Source of the DNA: Patescibacteria group bacterium
GTDB lineage: Bacteria; Patescibacteriota; Minisyncoccia; UBA6257; HR35
Direction of reading: 5' to 3'
NCBI GenBank assembly: GCA_038065795.1
Contig: JBBTQG010000013.1
Span: 1-42,970 of the forward strand
DNA length: 42,970 nucleotides
The position numbers were made by a program, and so were the translations under genes. Positions 34,053-42,944 of the stretch are shown here, one piece after another. Position 1 is the stretch's first letter. Each line of letters starts with the position of its first letter. The notes below the pieces were generated by a model. The model was not told where the DNA came from and did not search any database. It saw only the letters and a list, made by a program, of their open reading frames with translations.

Positions 34053-37000
34053 ATGGATATTCTCTTTTGGAGAGGAACCAATCGTTCTGGTGTTTTTCAA
34101 TCTTTAGTCGTCGTATTAGCACTCTTAATTTTATTTTTGGTATTATTGCCCAAAATATACGCAAAAACAAATAGTAATTATCCTGTTGTATCGGGTTCTG
34201 ATGTAAGCGGAGGCGGAACAGGCGCTTCTTTTACTATCGCTGATATAGATGAATTGAATACTAGTGGTTCACCTCTTATAGAGAGCAAAAATAATTGGCC
34301 AAGTAGTAATCAATATGATGAATCGCGCTATTTAGAATTTGTTTTTTCTCCAAATATTCCTTCTTCTGCAATAATAAAAAATGTTTCTATTATTAATATT
34401 TATCAGCAAATCGACAAAGAAGGAGCAAAATTATCAAAAGCAAAATTAGAAATATTTAGCGGCAACACTCTTGTTAAAAGCAAGGAAATTTCTGTTGATG
34501 CAAATCAAAGCAAATTTGATGTATTAGAATTAAATACACCCGCATTAATCAATGGTTTAAAAATAAAATTTTTAGCGTATTCTGACGGCGTTTTAATAAA
34601 AACAAATTATGATTTTATTGGAGTAACCGTTGAATATCAGCTACCACTAGTTGTTAAAGATAAATCAATAACAACCAATGAAGATGTGGCTACAACTACA
34701 ATACTGACAATAACTGACCCGGAAATGAAACGCGATGGTTCAATAATTTATTCTACAACAACAAATCCATCAAACGGAATAATAACTCTCTCTGGCAACA
34801 AAATCACATACACGCCAAATAAAAATTACAATGGCACAGATTCATTAAAATTTAAAGCAAACGATGGTTCAATAGACAGCAACGAAGCAACAATATCAAT
34901 AACAATTAGCCCAGTAAATAATGCGCCAATATTACAAAATATAACCAGCACATCCACAAACGAACTCACGGAATTCAAATTCACAGCATCGTCAACAGAC
35001 CCTGACGGAGACGCCATAACATACTCATTAACTCCAACGACAACAGGCGCGGTAATAAACGCAAACACAGGCGAATTCAAATGGACGCCAACCGAAGAAC
35101 AAGGTCCAAGCACACACACATTCACAATCACAGTAAAAGACACATCAAACGCAACAACATCTCAATCATTCACAATCACAGTCAACGAAGTAAATTCTGC
35201 CCCAACTGTGCCAAATATAACCCTTGTAACTGATAAAAATATATCAACTACAACAACATTATTAGCAACAGATTCAGACATACCGGCAAACACAATAAAA
35301 TTCGCAACGACATCAAACCCATCAAACGGCACAGCAACTATATCTAATAACAAATTAACTTACACGCCAAACTTTAACTTCATAGGAACAGATATAATCA
35401 CATACAAAGCAAACGATGGAGCAACAAGCTCAAATATCGCAACGATAACCGTAACTGTGAACCAGAAGAATAACTCACCGGTATTACAAAATATAACCAG
35501 CACATCCACAAACGAACTCACGGAATTCAAATTCACAGCATCGTCAACAGACCCTGACGGAGACGCCATAACATACTCATTAACTCCAACGACAACAGGC
35601 GCGGTAATAAACGCAAACACAGGCGAATTCAAATGGACGCCAACCGAAGAACAAGGTCCAAGCACACACACATTCACAATCACAGTAAAAGACACATCAA
35701 ACGCAACAACATCTCAATCATTCACAATCACAGTCAACGAAGTAAATTCTGCCCCAACTGTGCCAAATATAACCCTTGTAACTGATAAAAATATATCAAC
35801 TACAACAACATTATTAGCAACAGATTCAGACATACCGGCAAACACAATAAAATTCGCAACGACATCAAACCCATCAAACGGCACAGCAACTATATCTAAT
35901 AACAAATTAACTTACACGCCAAACTTTAACTTCATAGGAACAGATATAATCACATACAAAGCAAACGATGGAGCAACAAGCTCAAATATCGCAACGATAA
36001 CCGTAACTGTGAACCAGAAGAATGTACCTCCTATAGCGCAAAATATAAACGCTACCACAAGCGAAGAAACATTTGTGGCAATAATACTTAAAGCAACTGA
36101 TTCAGATGTGCCAGCAGATATATTAACCTACTCACTAACTTCAAATCCATCGCACGGCATATTATCTTTAAATAATTCAACTACAATTTATACTCCAGAA
36201 ATAAATTATTATGGAACTGATTCATTTACTTATAAAGCAAATGATGGAACAGGGGATTCTAATATCGCAACAGTAACAATTACAATAAGTAATATTAATG
36301 ATGCGCCGACAACAAATAATAAATCTGTAAACGCAACAGTTGATAATTCTATTATTATAGCAGTACCTGTTTCTGATCCTGACCCAAATAACACATTCAC
36401 GACTTCCGTAGTAAATTCTCCTTCTTTGGGTTCAATTACAGCTATAAATGGGTTGAATATAACTTATAAGCCAACAGGACCAGTTGGAACAGATACATTT
36501 ACATTCAAAGTTAATGACGGAGAATTTGATAGCAATATTGCAACGACAACGGTAACCTTAACGCACGGAGCTACAACTCAAATTATAATTTCAGCTACTC
36601 CAACTATATTAGATGTCGGAAGTTCTAGCGTAATAATGGTTTCAGTTCGTGATAAATTTAATAACATCGTTTCAAGCGATAATTCATCACAAATTGAACT
36701 TCGAGCTGAAGCTGACCGCGCTGATAGAGAAGTTATAATGGATCCTTCATTGCTCACACTTTCAAATGGTATTGCGACAACAACAATAACAAAAAATTCA
36801 TCAGGAGATGTAAAAATAACAGCCGTAAAAGAAGGGTTCAAAAAAGTTCAAACAACAGTGTCATTTATAAAATTTAAAATAAAAAATATTAATCAAACAA
36901 AAATACACGCAAAAGGAGATGATACATATAAAAATGGGTGGCAATGGATTTTAGACATTACAGCTCCATTAAACGAAACGGGCTTATCTATGAAATTCAG

Positions 37001-37295
37001 TGATTGGTTTAATGGCACATCAATTATTCCTATAAGCAGTAATATGCAATTTTATTCTGCGCAATCGTCAAACGCATTTGATGAAAATACCTCTATCGGC
37101 ATATCATCTCCTAACACATATAGTAATATTATGATTCTTAATAAAGACATTGATCCGGCAACCATAGGAAGACAAATACAAATTTATGTTAACGCTAAAA
37201 TTCCAAAAGATAAAAAAGAATTAAGCGGAGAATTTTCTATTTTATATAAAATATTAACCGAAGAATTTTCAGTATTGAAAACATTATTGGAATGA
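34053..37295 (+). CDS. giant surface adhesin with tandem Ig/cadherin-like repeats (1080 aa)
   Basis: N-terminal signal anchor; repeated about 90-aa modules ending in (V/I)N(N/S/D)AP linkers (..YTPN.NY.GTDS..YKANDG..S N.ATITITV); DPDGDAITYSL..NANTGEFKWTP modules; C-terminal invasin-type Ig-like module. Confidence 0.8.
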   Translation: MDILFWRGTNRSGVFQSLVVVLALLILFLVLLPKIYAKTNSNYPVVSGSDVSGGGTGASFTIADIDELNTSGSPLIESKNNWPSSNQYDESRYLEFVFSPNIPSSAIIKNVSIINIYQQIDKEGAKLSKAKLEIFSGNTLVKSKEISVDANQSKFDVLELNTPALINGLKIKFLAYSDGVLIKTNYDFIGVTVEYQLPLVVKDKSITTNEDVATTTILTITDPEMKRDGSIIYSTTTNPSNGIITLSGNKITYTPNKNYNGTDSLKFKANDGSIDSNEATISITISPVNNAPILQNITSTSTNELTEFKFTASSTDPDGDAITYSLTPTTTGAVINANTGEFKWTPTEEQGPSTHTFTITVKDTSNATTSQSFTITVNEVNSAPTVPNITLVTDKNISTTTTLLATDSDIPANTIKFATTSNPSNGTATISNNKLTYTPNFNFIGTDIITYKANDGATSSNIATITVTVNQKNNSPVLQNITSTSTNELTEFKFTASSTDPDGDAITYSLTPTTTGAVINANTGEFKWTPTEEQGPSTHTFTITVKDTSNATTSQSFTITVNEVNSAPTVPNITLVTDKNISTTTTLLATDSDIPANTIKFATTSNPSNGTATISNNKLTYTPNFNFIGTDIITYKANDGATSSNIATITVTVNQKNVPPIAQNINATTSEETFVAIILKATDSDVPADILTYSLTSNPSHGILSLNNSTTIYTPEINYYGTDSFTYKANDGTGDSNIATVTITISNINDAPTTNNKSVNATVDNSIIIAVPVSDPDPNNTFTTSVVNSPSLGSITAINGLNITYKPTGPVGTDTFTFKVNDGEFDSNIATTTVTLTHGATTQIIISATPTILDVGSSSVIMVSVRDKFNNIVSSDNSSQIELRAEADRADREVIMDPSLLTLSNGIATTTITKNSSGDVKITAVKEGFKKVQTTVSFIKFKIKNINQTKIHAKGDDTYKNGWQWILDITAPLNETGLSMKFSDWFNGTSIIPISSNMQFYSAQSSNAFDENTSIGISSPNTYSNIMILNKDIDPATIGRQIQIYVNAKIPKDKKELSGEFSILYKILTEEFSVLKTLLE
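34931..36023 (+). repeat. 552-bp tandem duplication inside the adhesin gene; 541 bp identical in each copy (34931-35471 and 35483-36023)
   Basis: Compared base by base; encodes an identical two-module block of about 180 aa twice. Confidence 0.9.
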
Positions 37296-37933
37296 TAAGT
37301 GATAAGTTTTTGTTAATTATGTTTTTGTTTGGGGCATATATTTTGTATGGTTTTATATTTTTCGCGCGCGCTGAAGTAAATAATTTATCAGAACCAACAA
37401 GTGGAGTTTTTAAGGCTATTTTAATGGCAGAACCTAGTGTAAATCCAGAAGCAGGCGTTTATAGCTCAGCTCAAACTGCGACTTTTTTTCTTCCAAGCGG
37501 AGCCGAGAGAATAAAATATACAACAAACGGCACAGACCCAAGTTGCTCTAATGAAGAAAATATTTATACAAATCCAGTTCCTATAAGTTCATCATTAACA
37601 ATTAAGGCGGTTTCTTGTTATCCAGAAAATTATTCTTCGTCAATCGCGTCTTTTGTTTATACTATTAATATACCATCATCGGGCGGAGGTGGAGGAGGTG
37701 GTTATTATATTTATTCACCTACTCCGGTGGCGACAACAACACAAACATCGTCATCAGCAACAACAAGCTTATCGACTGATATAAACAAAGATAGCAAAAT
37801 TGATATTTTGGATTTTAATTTATTGATGGTAAATTGGGGAAATATAAATTCAGGGAATGTTGCTGATGTAAATAAAGATAACAAAGTCGATTTATTGGAC
37901 TTCAATATGCTTATGGTCTATTGGGCACAATAA
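37292..37933 (+). CDS. secreted dockerin-containing protein with chitobiase/hexosaminidase C-terminal-like domain
   Basis: N-terminal signal/TM; AGVYSSAQTATFFLPSGAERIKYTTNGTDPS...; Gly run and Thr/Ser linker; duplicated Ca-loop dockerin segments DINKDSKIDILDFNLLMVNW and DVNKDNKVDLLDFNMLMVYW; ATGA overlap with the adhesin gene. Confidence 0.7.
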   Translation: MISDKFLLIMFLFGAYILYGFIFFARAEVNNLSEPTSGVFKAILMAEPSVNPEAGVYSSAQTATFFLPSGAERIKYTTNGTDPSCSNEENIYTNPVPISSSLTIKAVSCYPENYSSSIASFVYTINIPSSGGGGGGGYYIYSPTPVATTTQTSSSATTSLSTDINKDSKIDILDFNLLMVNWGNINSGNVADVNKDNKVDLLDFNMLMVYWAQ

Positions 37934-37950
37934 TATTAAGTATCAAAATA

Positions 37951-38778
37951 ATGAAAAAAATAATAATATTATCAGTATCAGTAATAATCTTTTTAATAGT
38001 AATTTCTCCGTTGTATGCATCTTCTGTTTTTTTTTCGCCAAATATTATTTCGTTTCAAGAAAATAAAAATTTTAATGTAAATATTTCAATTGACCCGCAA
38101 AATATAAAAAATTACACGGTTAAATTAGAATTAAAATATCCAGCAGATTTGATTGAAGTTAAATCATTTACTATCGGAAATAATTGGATGCCGTTGATTC
38201 AATCTGGGTATGACGCAATAGATAATATGAATGGGGTGTTAATAAAAACAGGCGGTTATCCCGGCGGATTATCTAAATCTGCGTTGTTTGGAACAATTTT
38301 ATTTCATGCTAAAAAATCTGGGAATGGAATGATTCAAATTGGCGATAACTCGGCTTCACTTGACGCAAATAATCAAAATGTTTTAACAGGAACTCCGCAA
38401 ATAGGGGTAAATATTTTTTCAATAACCAAAAATGTTGAGCAAACTACAGAAGAAGAACAAGTTCGGCCTGACCAAGCTCAGGTTAATATAGATATATCCG
38501 GAGATGAATTTTTTCCAGAAACATCAGAAACATCAGAAAAACCAATAACTAAAAAAATAGATGAAGAAATAGCAACAACTACAACTCAATCTTTTAATCC
38601 AAAACCTTCGCAAAATAGTCTTTTGGCTTTTGCTGAAAAAATATTTAATACAAAAATAATTATTCCAATATACGCAATAATTTTTATAGTGATTGTTTTG
38701 TTTATCGTAATAAATATTAGAAAAAAGCAAAAACACAACAAAGAACAAAGAACAAAGAACTTAGAACTTAGAATTTGA
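37951..38778 (+). CDS. cohesin-domain protein with C-terminal membrane anchor
   Basis: Signal peptide MKKIIILSVSVIIFLIVISPLYA; cohesin-like pattern ISFQENKNFNVNISIDPQNIKNYTVKLELKYPADLIEVKSF...IDNMNGVLIKTGGYPGG...ILFHAKKSGNGMIQI; C-terminal TM IIPIYAIIFIVIVLFIVI plus basic tail; track ORF starts at TTG 37921. Confidence 0.65.
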   Translation: MKKIIILSVSVIIFLIVISPLYASSVFFSPNIISFQENKNFNVNISIDPQNIKNYTVKLELKYPADLIEVKSFTIGNNWMPLIQSGYDAIDNMNGVLIKTGGYPGGLSKSALFGTILFHAKKSGNGMIQIGDNSASLDANNQNVLTGTPQIGVNIFSITKNVEQTTEEEQVRPDQAQVNIDISGDEFFPETSETSEKPITKKIDEEIATTTTQSFNPKPSQNSLLAFAEKIFNTKIIIPIYAIIFIVIVLFIVINIRKKQKHNKEQRTKNLELRI

Positions 38779-38952
38779 ATTTGGAATAAGTAATTCAAGG
38801 TTCCATGCTCTATATCCCGTGTTCTAAATTTTATGGTTTTTAATTTTTAAGCATCGCTAAAAAATGAAAAATAAAATGAAAGATAAAGTTTGGTGTATAT
38901 CTATAAAAAATGGAGAATTTATAAAGTCTATATGCGAGTAGTGGAATTAGGA

Positions 38953-38961
38953 TAATCCACA
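38953..38961 (+). promoter_or_regulatory. TAATCCACA box (1 mismatch to TTATCCACA) 38 nt upstream of TATAAT 38991-38996
   Basis: Read directly; ATG at 39007. Confidence 0.4.
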
Positions 38962-39006
38962 AATATATGTATATTTTTTGGTTTTGTCGTTATAATATTT
39001 ATAATT

Positions 39007-41187
39007 ATGGGCAAAAAGCTCTTTATGCGCTTAAATTCTATTTCAAAATTCACACTTTTTTTGTTGGTGATTTTTTTAATCCCTACTTTTTTTGTTTTTG
39101 CTTCTGATACTGACGGAACAATTGATAATACAAATAAATACGCTTGGGGCAGTAAAATTGGCTGGGTGAATTTTGGAAACTCTAATGGAAATATACATAT
39201 CACAGATTCTCAATTAACTGGTTATGCATGGAGTTCAAATTATGGGTGGATTAATTTAAATCCTTCGCAAAGCGGCGTGAGAAACAATAATAACGGAAAT
39301 CTTTCTGAAAATGCTTGGGCGCAGAATTTAGGATGGATAGATTTTTCAAATGTAATAATTAATTCTTCCGGTCAATTTACAGGATATGCGTCAGGAACTG
39401 TTTCTGGCGTTATTAATTTTGATTGTTCAAATTGTGCCGTTTCAACAGATTGGCGACCATTAAGCGCAAGACCTTCTGCTGATACTGGGGCAGGAGGTGC
39501 TGGTGTGGTTTCAAGCGCTTATAAATATCCGGCGCCACCGTTCAGTATTTTAGTAAATAATGATGATGAATATTCTGTGAGCAATAAAGTAAATCTTAAA
39601 TTGTTCGCTGGGGTTGATGTTGAAAAAATCGCGATTTCAAATTATCTCGATTTTCGAGGAGCTATTCAAGAACCATATGTGTTAAATAAGGAATGGGATT
39701 TATGCACGGGTCGTCCGATTCAAACAGAATGCCCAAATGAAAAAACAACCTATTCTGTTTATGTGAAATTTTATACAAGATGGGGGAGAGAATCCGAAGT
39801 TTTTTCTGACAAAATTATTTTTACAAAAGAGATTGTAAAAAAACCAATAATACAACAAATAACTGAAAAAATCACTAAACCAATCACGAAGAAAGTTTAT
39901 GAAAAAATTCCTGAAATATTAAAACCATTTATACCTGAATTCTTAAAACCAAAGCCACCAGTAGTTTTGAAGCCCATTGAAGAGGTTGTTTTTAAAATAG
40001 CTCCTATTGCTATGAGGGGTAGATGGACTCTTGTTGACCCAAAAGCGTTAGAAAGACTTGTTTTCGCGCCATTGCCAAGAGAGTTAAGAGCTTTGACGCA
40101 AAAAGTACCGAGCTTATACAAAACTTTTTCTGAAGTTGGAGTCACAAGATTTTCTGAGCTTGAAAAAATAAAAACCGCAAAACTTATTTTGCCGGGACTT
40201 ACACAAAATCTTGGATTGCCGACAGTTAGAGTTGAAGCAGGGAAGATTGCAATTCCAGAAGGAATTCCGGTTGCAAAATTATCACAAGACCTTAAAAATA
40301 AAATACCAACCGAATATATTTTTGTAAAAACAGGAGGCGAGTTGATTGATTTTAATACAGTGTTAACACTTAATGAAAAAGGAAAGCCTCAGCAAAAAAT
40401 CGTTACTATCGTGGGTAAGCCGCTACAATTAGTTGTAAAACCAGACCAACCAGTTAAATCTGTAAAAGGATATGTTATTTTTAAGTCCAGAAAATTAGAA
40501 CCTGTTTCTTTTCGCATTCCATTTAAGGCTTTAAATAATTCGGCGCTTTTTGCAAACCCAATTTTTATTGGACCATTTGATAAATCAGTTGAAGTTGAGG
40601 AAAAACTTGTTTTAATGGAATTTGAATATACAGACCCTGACGGAGATGGAATTTATACCGCAGAAATTCCAGCGCCACTGGTTGAAGGCGAATATGAAAT
40701 CATTACTGTTATGGATTATGAAGACCCGTCGCTTGGAATGAAAGAAATTAAACTAATAACTGTTGTTGACCCAGAGGGCTATATATATGAAAAAGATGGA
40801 AATAAGGAAACCCGTATTCCTGGCGCTATTGCTTATATCTATTGGTTGAATCAAGAAACAAAACAATATGAATTATGGAATGCATCAAATTATCAACAAG
40901 AAAATCCACAAACAACAGATGTGAGAGGTGTATATTCATTTATAGTTCCTGAGGGTTTTTATTATTTAAAGGTCGAAGCTCCCGGGTACATGTCATATGA
41001 CGGCAAACCATTTGAAGTAAAAGAAGGAAGCGGAGTGCATATTAATATTGAAATGAAGACTAAGTATTGGTTTGTAAAAGTTGTTGATTGGAAATCATTG
41101 CTGTTAATTGTAATTATTATGATGTTGCTTTATAATTTTTACCGAGATAGGGTTAGGGAGAGGAAATTAATAAATGATAAAAAATAA
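39007..41187 (+). CDS. surface protein with N-terminal (Y)AWxxNxGW(I/V)(N/D)F repeats, Pro/Lys linker, carboxypeptidase-regulatory-like domain and C-terminal TM
   Basis: Signal peptide; repeats YAWGSKIGWVNF, YAWSSNYGWINL, NAWAQNLGWIDF; PEGYIYEKDGNKETRIPGA...VRGVYSFIVPEGFYYLKVEAPGY; TM LLLIVIIMMLLYNF. Confidence 0.65.
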   Translation: MGKKLFMRLNSISKFTLFLLVIFLIPTFFVFASDTDGTIDNTNKYAWGSKIGWVNFGNSNGNIHITDSQLTGYAWSSNYGWINLNPSQSGVRNNNNGNLSENAWAQNLGWIDFSNVIINSSGQFTGYASGTVSGVINFDCSNCAVSTDWRPLSARPSADTGAGGAGVVSSAYKYPAPPFSILVNNDDEYSVSNKVNLKLFAGVDVEKIAISNYLDFRGAIQEPYVLNKEWDLCTGRPIQTECPNEKTTYSVYVKFYTRWGRESEVFSDKIIFTKEIVKKPIIQQITEKITKPITKKVYEKIPEILKPFIPEFLKPKPPVVLKPIEEVVFKIAPIAMRGRWTLVDPKALERLVFAPLPRELRALTQKVPSLYKTFSEVGVTRFSELEKIKTAKLILPGLTQNLGLPTVRVEAGKIAIPEGIPVAKLSQDLKNKIPTEYIFVKTGGELIDFNTVLTLNEKGKPQQKIVTIVGKPLQLVVKPDQPVKSVKGYVIFKSRKLEPVSFRIPFKALNNSALFANPIFIGPFDKSVEVEEKLVLMEFEYTDPDGDGIYTAEIPAPLVEGEYEIITVMDYEDPSLGMKEIKLITVVDPEGYIYEKDGNKETRIPGAIAYIYWLNQETKQYELWNASNYQQENPQTTDVRGVYSFIVPEGFYYLKVEAPGYMSYDGKPFEVKEGSGVHINIEMKTKYWFVKVVDWKSLLLIVIIMMLLYNFYRDRVRERKLINDKK

Positions 41188-41282
41188 CATAATGCTGAAA
41201 TTTCCATTCCATAATTTAATTAAATGGTGGAATTTTAGCGTGAAGCGTTTCAAATCGCTAAGAGCTTCACTATCAAAAAATA

Positions 41283-41648
41283 ATGACTAGACAAGAGGTA
41301 TTAATAGTAATTTTTATTTTAATTTTAATAGTTGGCAATATTTTCTTTGGCGGACAATATTTTAGTATTTCTAATAAAATGACGGCTATAAAAAGAAGCG
41401 CTGAAATTCAAAAAACCAATGAAAAAGCATTAAATTTTGGGAAGCTTTTTATAGATACGGTTTTAAGGTCTGAAAATGAAATTGGTTTTGAGACAAGATT
41501 AAGACTTGAAAATGCTGTTAGGGAAACTGGCAATAAAGAAATTTTGTCTGCGTGGCAAAAATTCATAGATAGCAAAACCGAAGTCGAAGCCCAAAAAAGC
41601 GTAAAAGATTTACTAGAGGTTCTTATTGATAATATCCAGGTGGATTAG
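41283..41648 (+). CDS. hypothetical membrane-anchored protein (121 aa)
   Basis: N-terminal TM VLIVIFILILIVGNIFF; no nameable motif. Confidence 0.45.
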   Translation: MTRQEVLIVIFILILIVGNIFFGGQYFSISNKMTAIKRSAEIQKTNEKALNFGKLFIDTVLRSENEIGFETRLRLENAVRETGNKEILSAWQKFIDSKTEVEAQKSVKDLLEVLIDNIQVD

Positions 41649-41654
41649 TTTCAT

Positions 41655-42467
41655 ATGTTAAAAGGCTGGGCATTATTTTTTATAATCTTTATTTTAATTG
41701 TTATAGGTATAACATTTAGTTTTGTTGTTATTAAAAAAAATGTTAATGTAAATAATGAATCTAAAAAAAATATTGTAGGTGTAAAAGAAGACAAGATAGA
41801 TGAATTACAAATGGAAAAAATAATATTAAATACAGATGACGGGGTTGAAATTGTAGGCGATTATTATCCTGTTGTTGGTAGTAAGTTTGCTGGGATACTT
41901 TTACATATGATGCCCGCAACTAGAAAAAGTTATACAGAAGTTTCAAGGGTTTTGAATGAAGCCGGCTGGAGTGTTCTCTCTATTGATTTAAGAGGTCATG
42001 GCGAAAGTATAAATTCATCAAGGGGTAAATTGAACTACGAAAAATTTACAGATAAAGAACATCAGGGGTCAATTTTTGACATTTCTTCCGCAAGTAATTT
42101 TTTAAAATCAAAAGGTTTTGCAGTTGATAGTCAATTTTTAATTGGAGCAAGTATTGGCGCCAATCTTTCTTTAAAATTTTTAAGCGAAAATAAAGATATT
42201 AAAACAGCAATCTTAATATCGCCAGGATTAAATTACAAAGGAATTTTAACTGAACCGTTAATGAGTAATGAAATTTCAAACAAAGTACTTTTGGTTTCAA
42301 GTACTGGCGATGTTGATTCATATGGGGCGGTTAAGTTGTTAAAAGAAAAATATCAAAATTCAGAGTTAATGATTTTTGCTGGCGAAGGGCACGGTACAGA
42401 TATTTTTAAAAATTATAAAGATTCAACAGACAAGGTTGTTAATTGGTTAAAGGGAAAGTTGATATAG
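41655..42467 (+). CDS. membrane-anchored alpha/beta hydrolase
   Basis: N-terminal TM; DLRGHGES; nucleophile elbow GASIGA; C-terminal GEGHG. Confidence 0.7.
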   Translation: MLKGWALFFIIFILIVIGITFSFVVIKKNVNVNNESKKNIVGVKEDKIDELQMEKIILNTDDGVEIVGDYYPVVGSKFAGILLHMMPATRKSYTEVSRVLNEAGWSVLSIDLRGHGESINSSRGKLNYEKFTDKEHQGSIFDISSASNFLKSKGFAVDSQFLIGASIGANLSLKFLSENKDIKTAILISPGLNYKGILTEPLMSNEISNKVLLVSSTGDVDSYGAVKLLKEKYQNSELMIFAGEGHGTDIFKNYKDSTDKVVNWLKGKLI

Positions 42468-42560
42468 TGCCATTATTTGCGCGAAAAATGATGTGTTTTC
42501 AGCTGATTTTCAATAGGTGAATTTATATATATTTTAAACCAACCAATTTTATAATTTTTA

Positions 42561-42569
42561 TGTTATAAT
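42561..42569 (+). promoter_or_regulatory. extended -10 (TGtTATAAT)
   Basis: Read directly; would give a leader of about 140 nt, partly GC-rich, before ATG 42716. Confidence 0.4.
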
Positions 42570-42715
42570 ATAAGTATTAAAAGGTCGCCTGTCCCGTACC
42601 GAGCTCCAAAGGATGGAGTTTTACCAAAAAGCGTTCTTAACCAATAAGGCAGGCTCTAAAATGGAAAACAAATTTCGAGGTCTGGTTCGGGGGTATATTA
42701 AAAAAAACGAAAACA

Positions 42716-42913
42716 ATGCAAAATAGAGATAGAGACATGAGAGGTGGCGGTTTTGCTCCTCGAAGCTTTAAGCCAAGAGACGGTGAAGTTTGGAGTTGCG
42801 CTAAGTGCAACGGCGAGATTGAATCTTTGCCGTTTGATCCACGACGCAATCCAGACGGTTCTTTGCAGAGCCCTGTTTATCACAGGGATTGTCTGCCTCC
42901 AAGAACCAGATAA
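42716..42913 (+). CDS. small basic zinc-ribbon protein (CxxC...HxxC; resembles the CxxC-x17-CxxC family)
   Basis: RGGGF N-terminus; WSCAKCNGEIESLPFDPRRNPDGSLQSPVYHRDCLPPR; GC content above the local average; followed by a strong hairpin. Confidence 0.55.
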   Translation: MQNRDRDMRGGGFAPRSFKPRDGEVWSCAKCNGEIESLPFDPRRNPDGSLQSPVYHRDCLPPRTR

Positions 42914-42944
42914 ACTATTCTGAATAGATTATCTTCAGGGGGGG

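Noticed and set aside
34826-35905. Four minus-strand ORFs (two identical pairs) inside the adhesin gene, and similar antisense ORFs inside dacB, ligA, dnaG, rpoD, the methylase and others
   Set aside because: These are shadow ORFs antisense to long, well-supported genes. The identical pairs simply mirror the 552-bp tandem duplication.
34931-36023. The 552-bp repeats as a CRISPR array or a diversity-generating retroelement TR/VR pair
   Set aside because: The period is far too long for CRISPR and there are no spacers. The two copies are identical with no adenine-specific differences, no reverse transcriptase gene is nearby, and the repeats are in frame within one CDS.
7922-37295. Alternative genetic code (UGA reassignment, as in some CPR lineages)
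   Set aside because: TGA clearly terminates genes here: pilN at 7923-7925, rpoD at 30285-30287 and the adhesin at 37293-37295. Downstream genes start at or overlap these stops, and full-length homologous proteins are obtained with the standard code.
38738-38790. Micro-repeats at the cohesin gene 3' end (ACAAAGA ACAAAGA, ACTTAGA ACTTAGA, ATTTGA ATTTGG)
   Set aside because: These are very short low-complexity duplications in an AT-rich tail encoding the basic stop-transfer segment. Nothing supports a function beyond slippage.
1908-38961. The TTATCCACA copies as evidence for a replication origin (oriC)
   Set aside because: The boxes are 8-13 kb or more apart rather than clustered. No dnaA or dnaN gene or AT-rich unwinding element with box clusters is present. 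Their constant spacing to -10 hexamers fits promoter-associated sites better.
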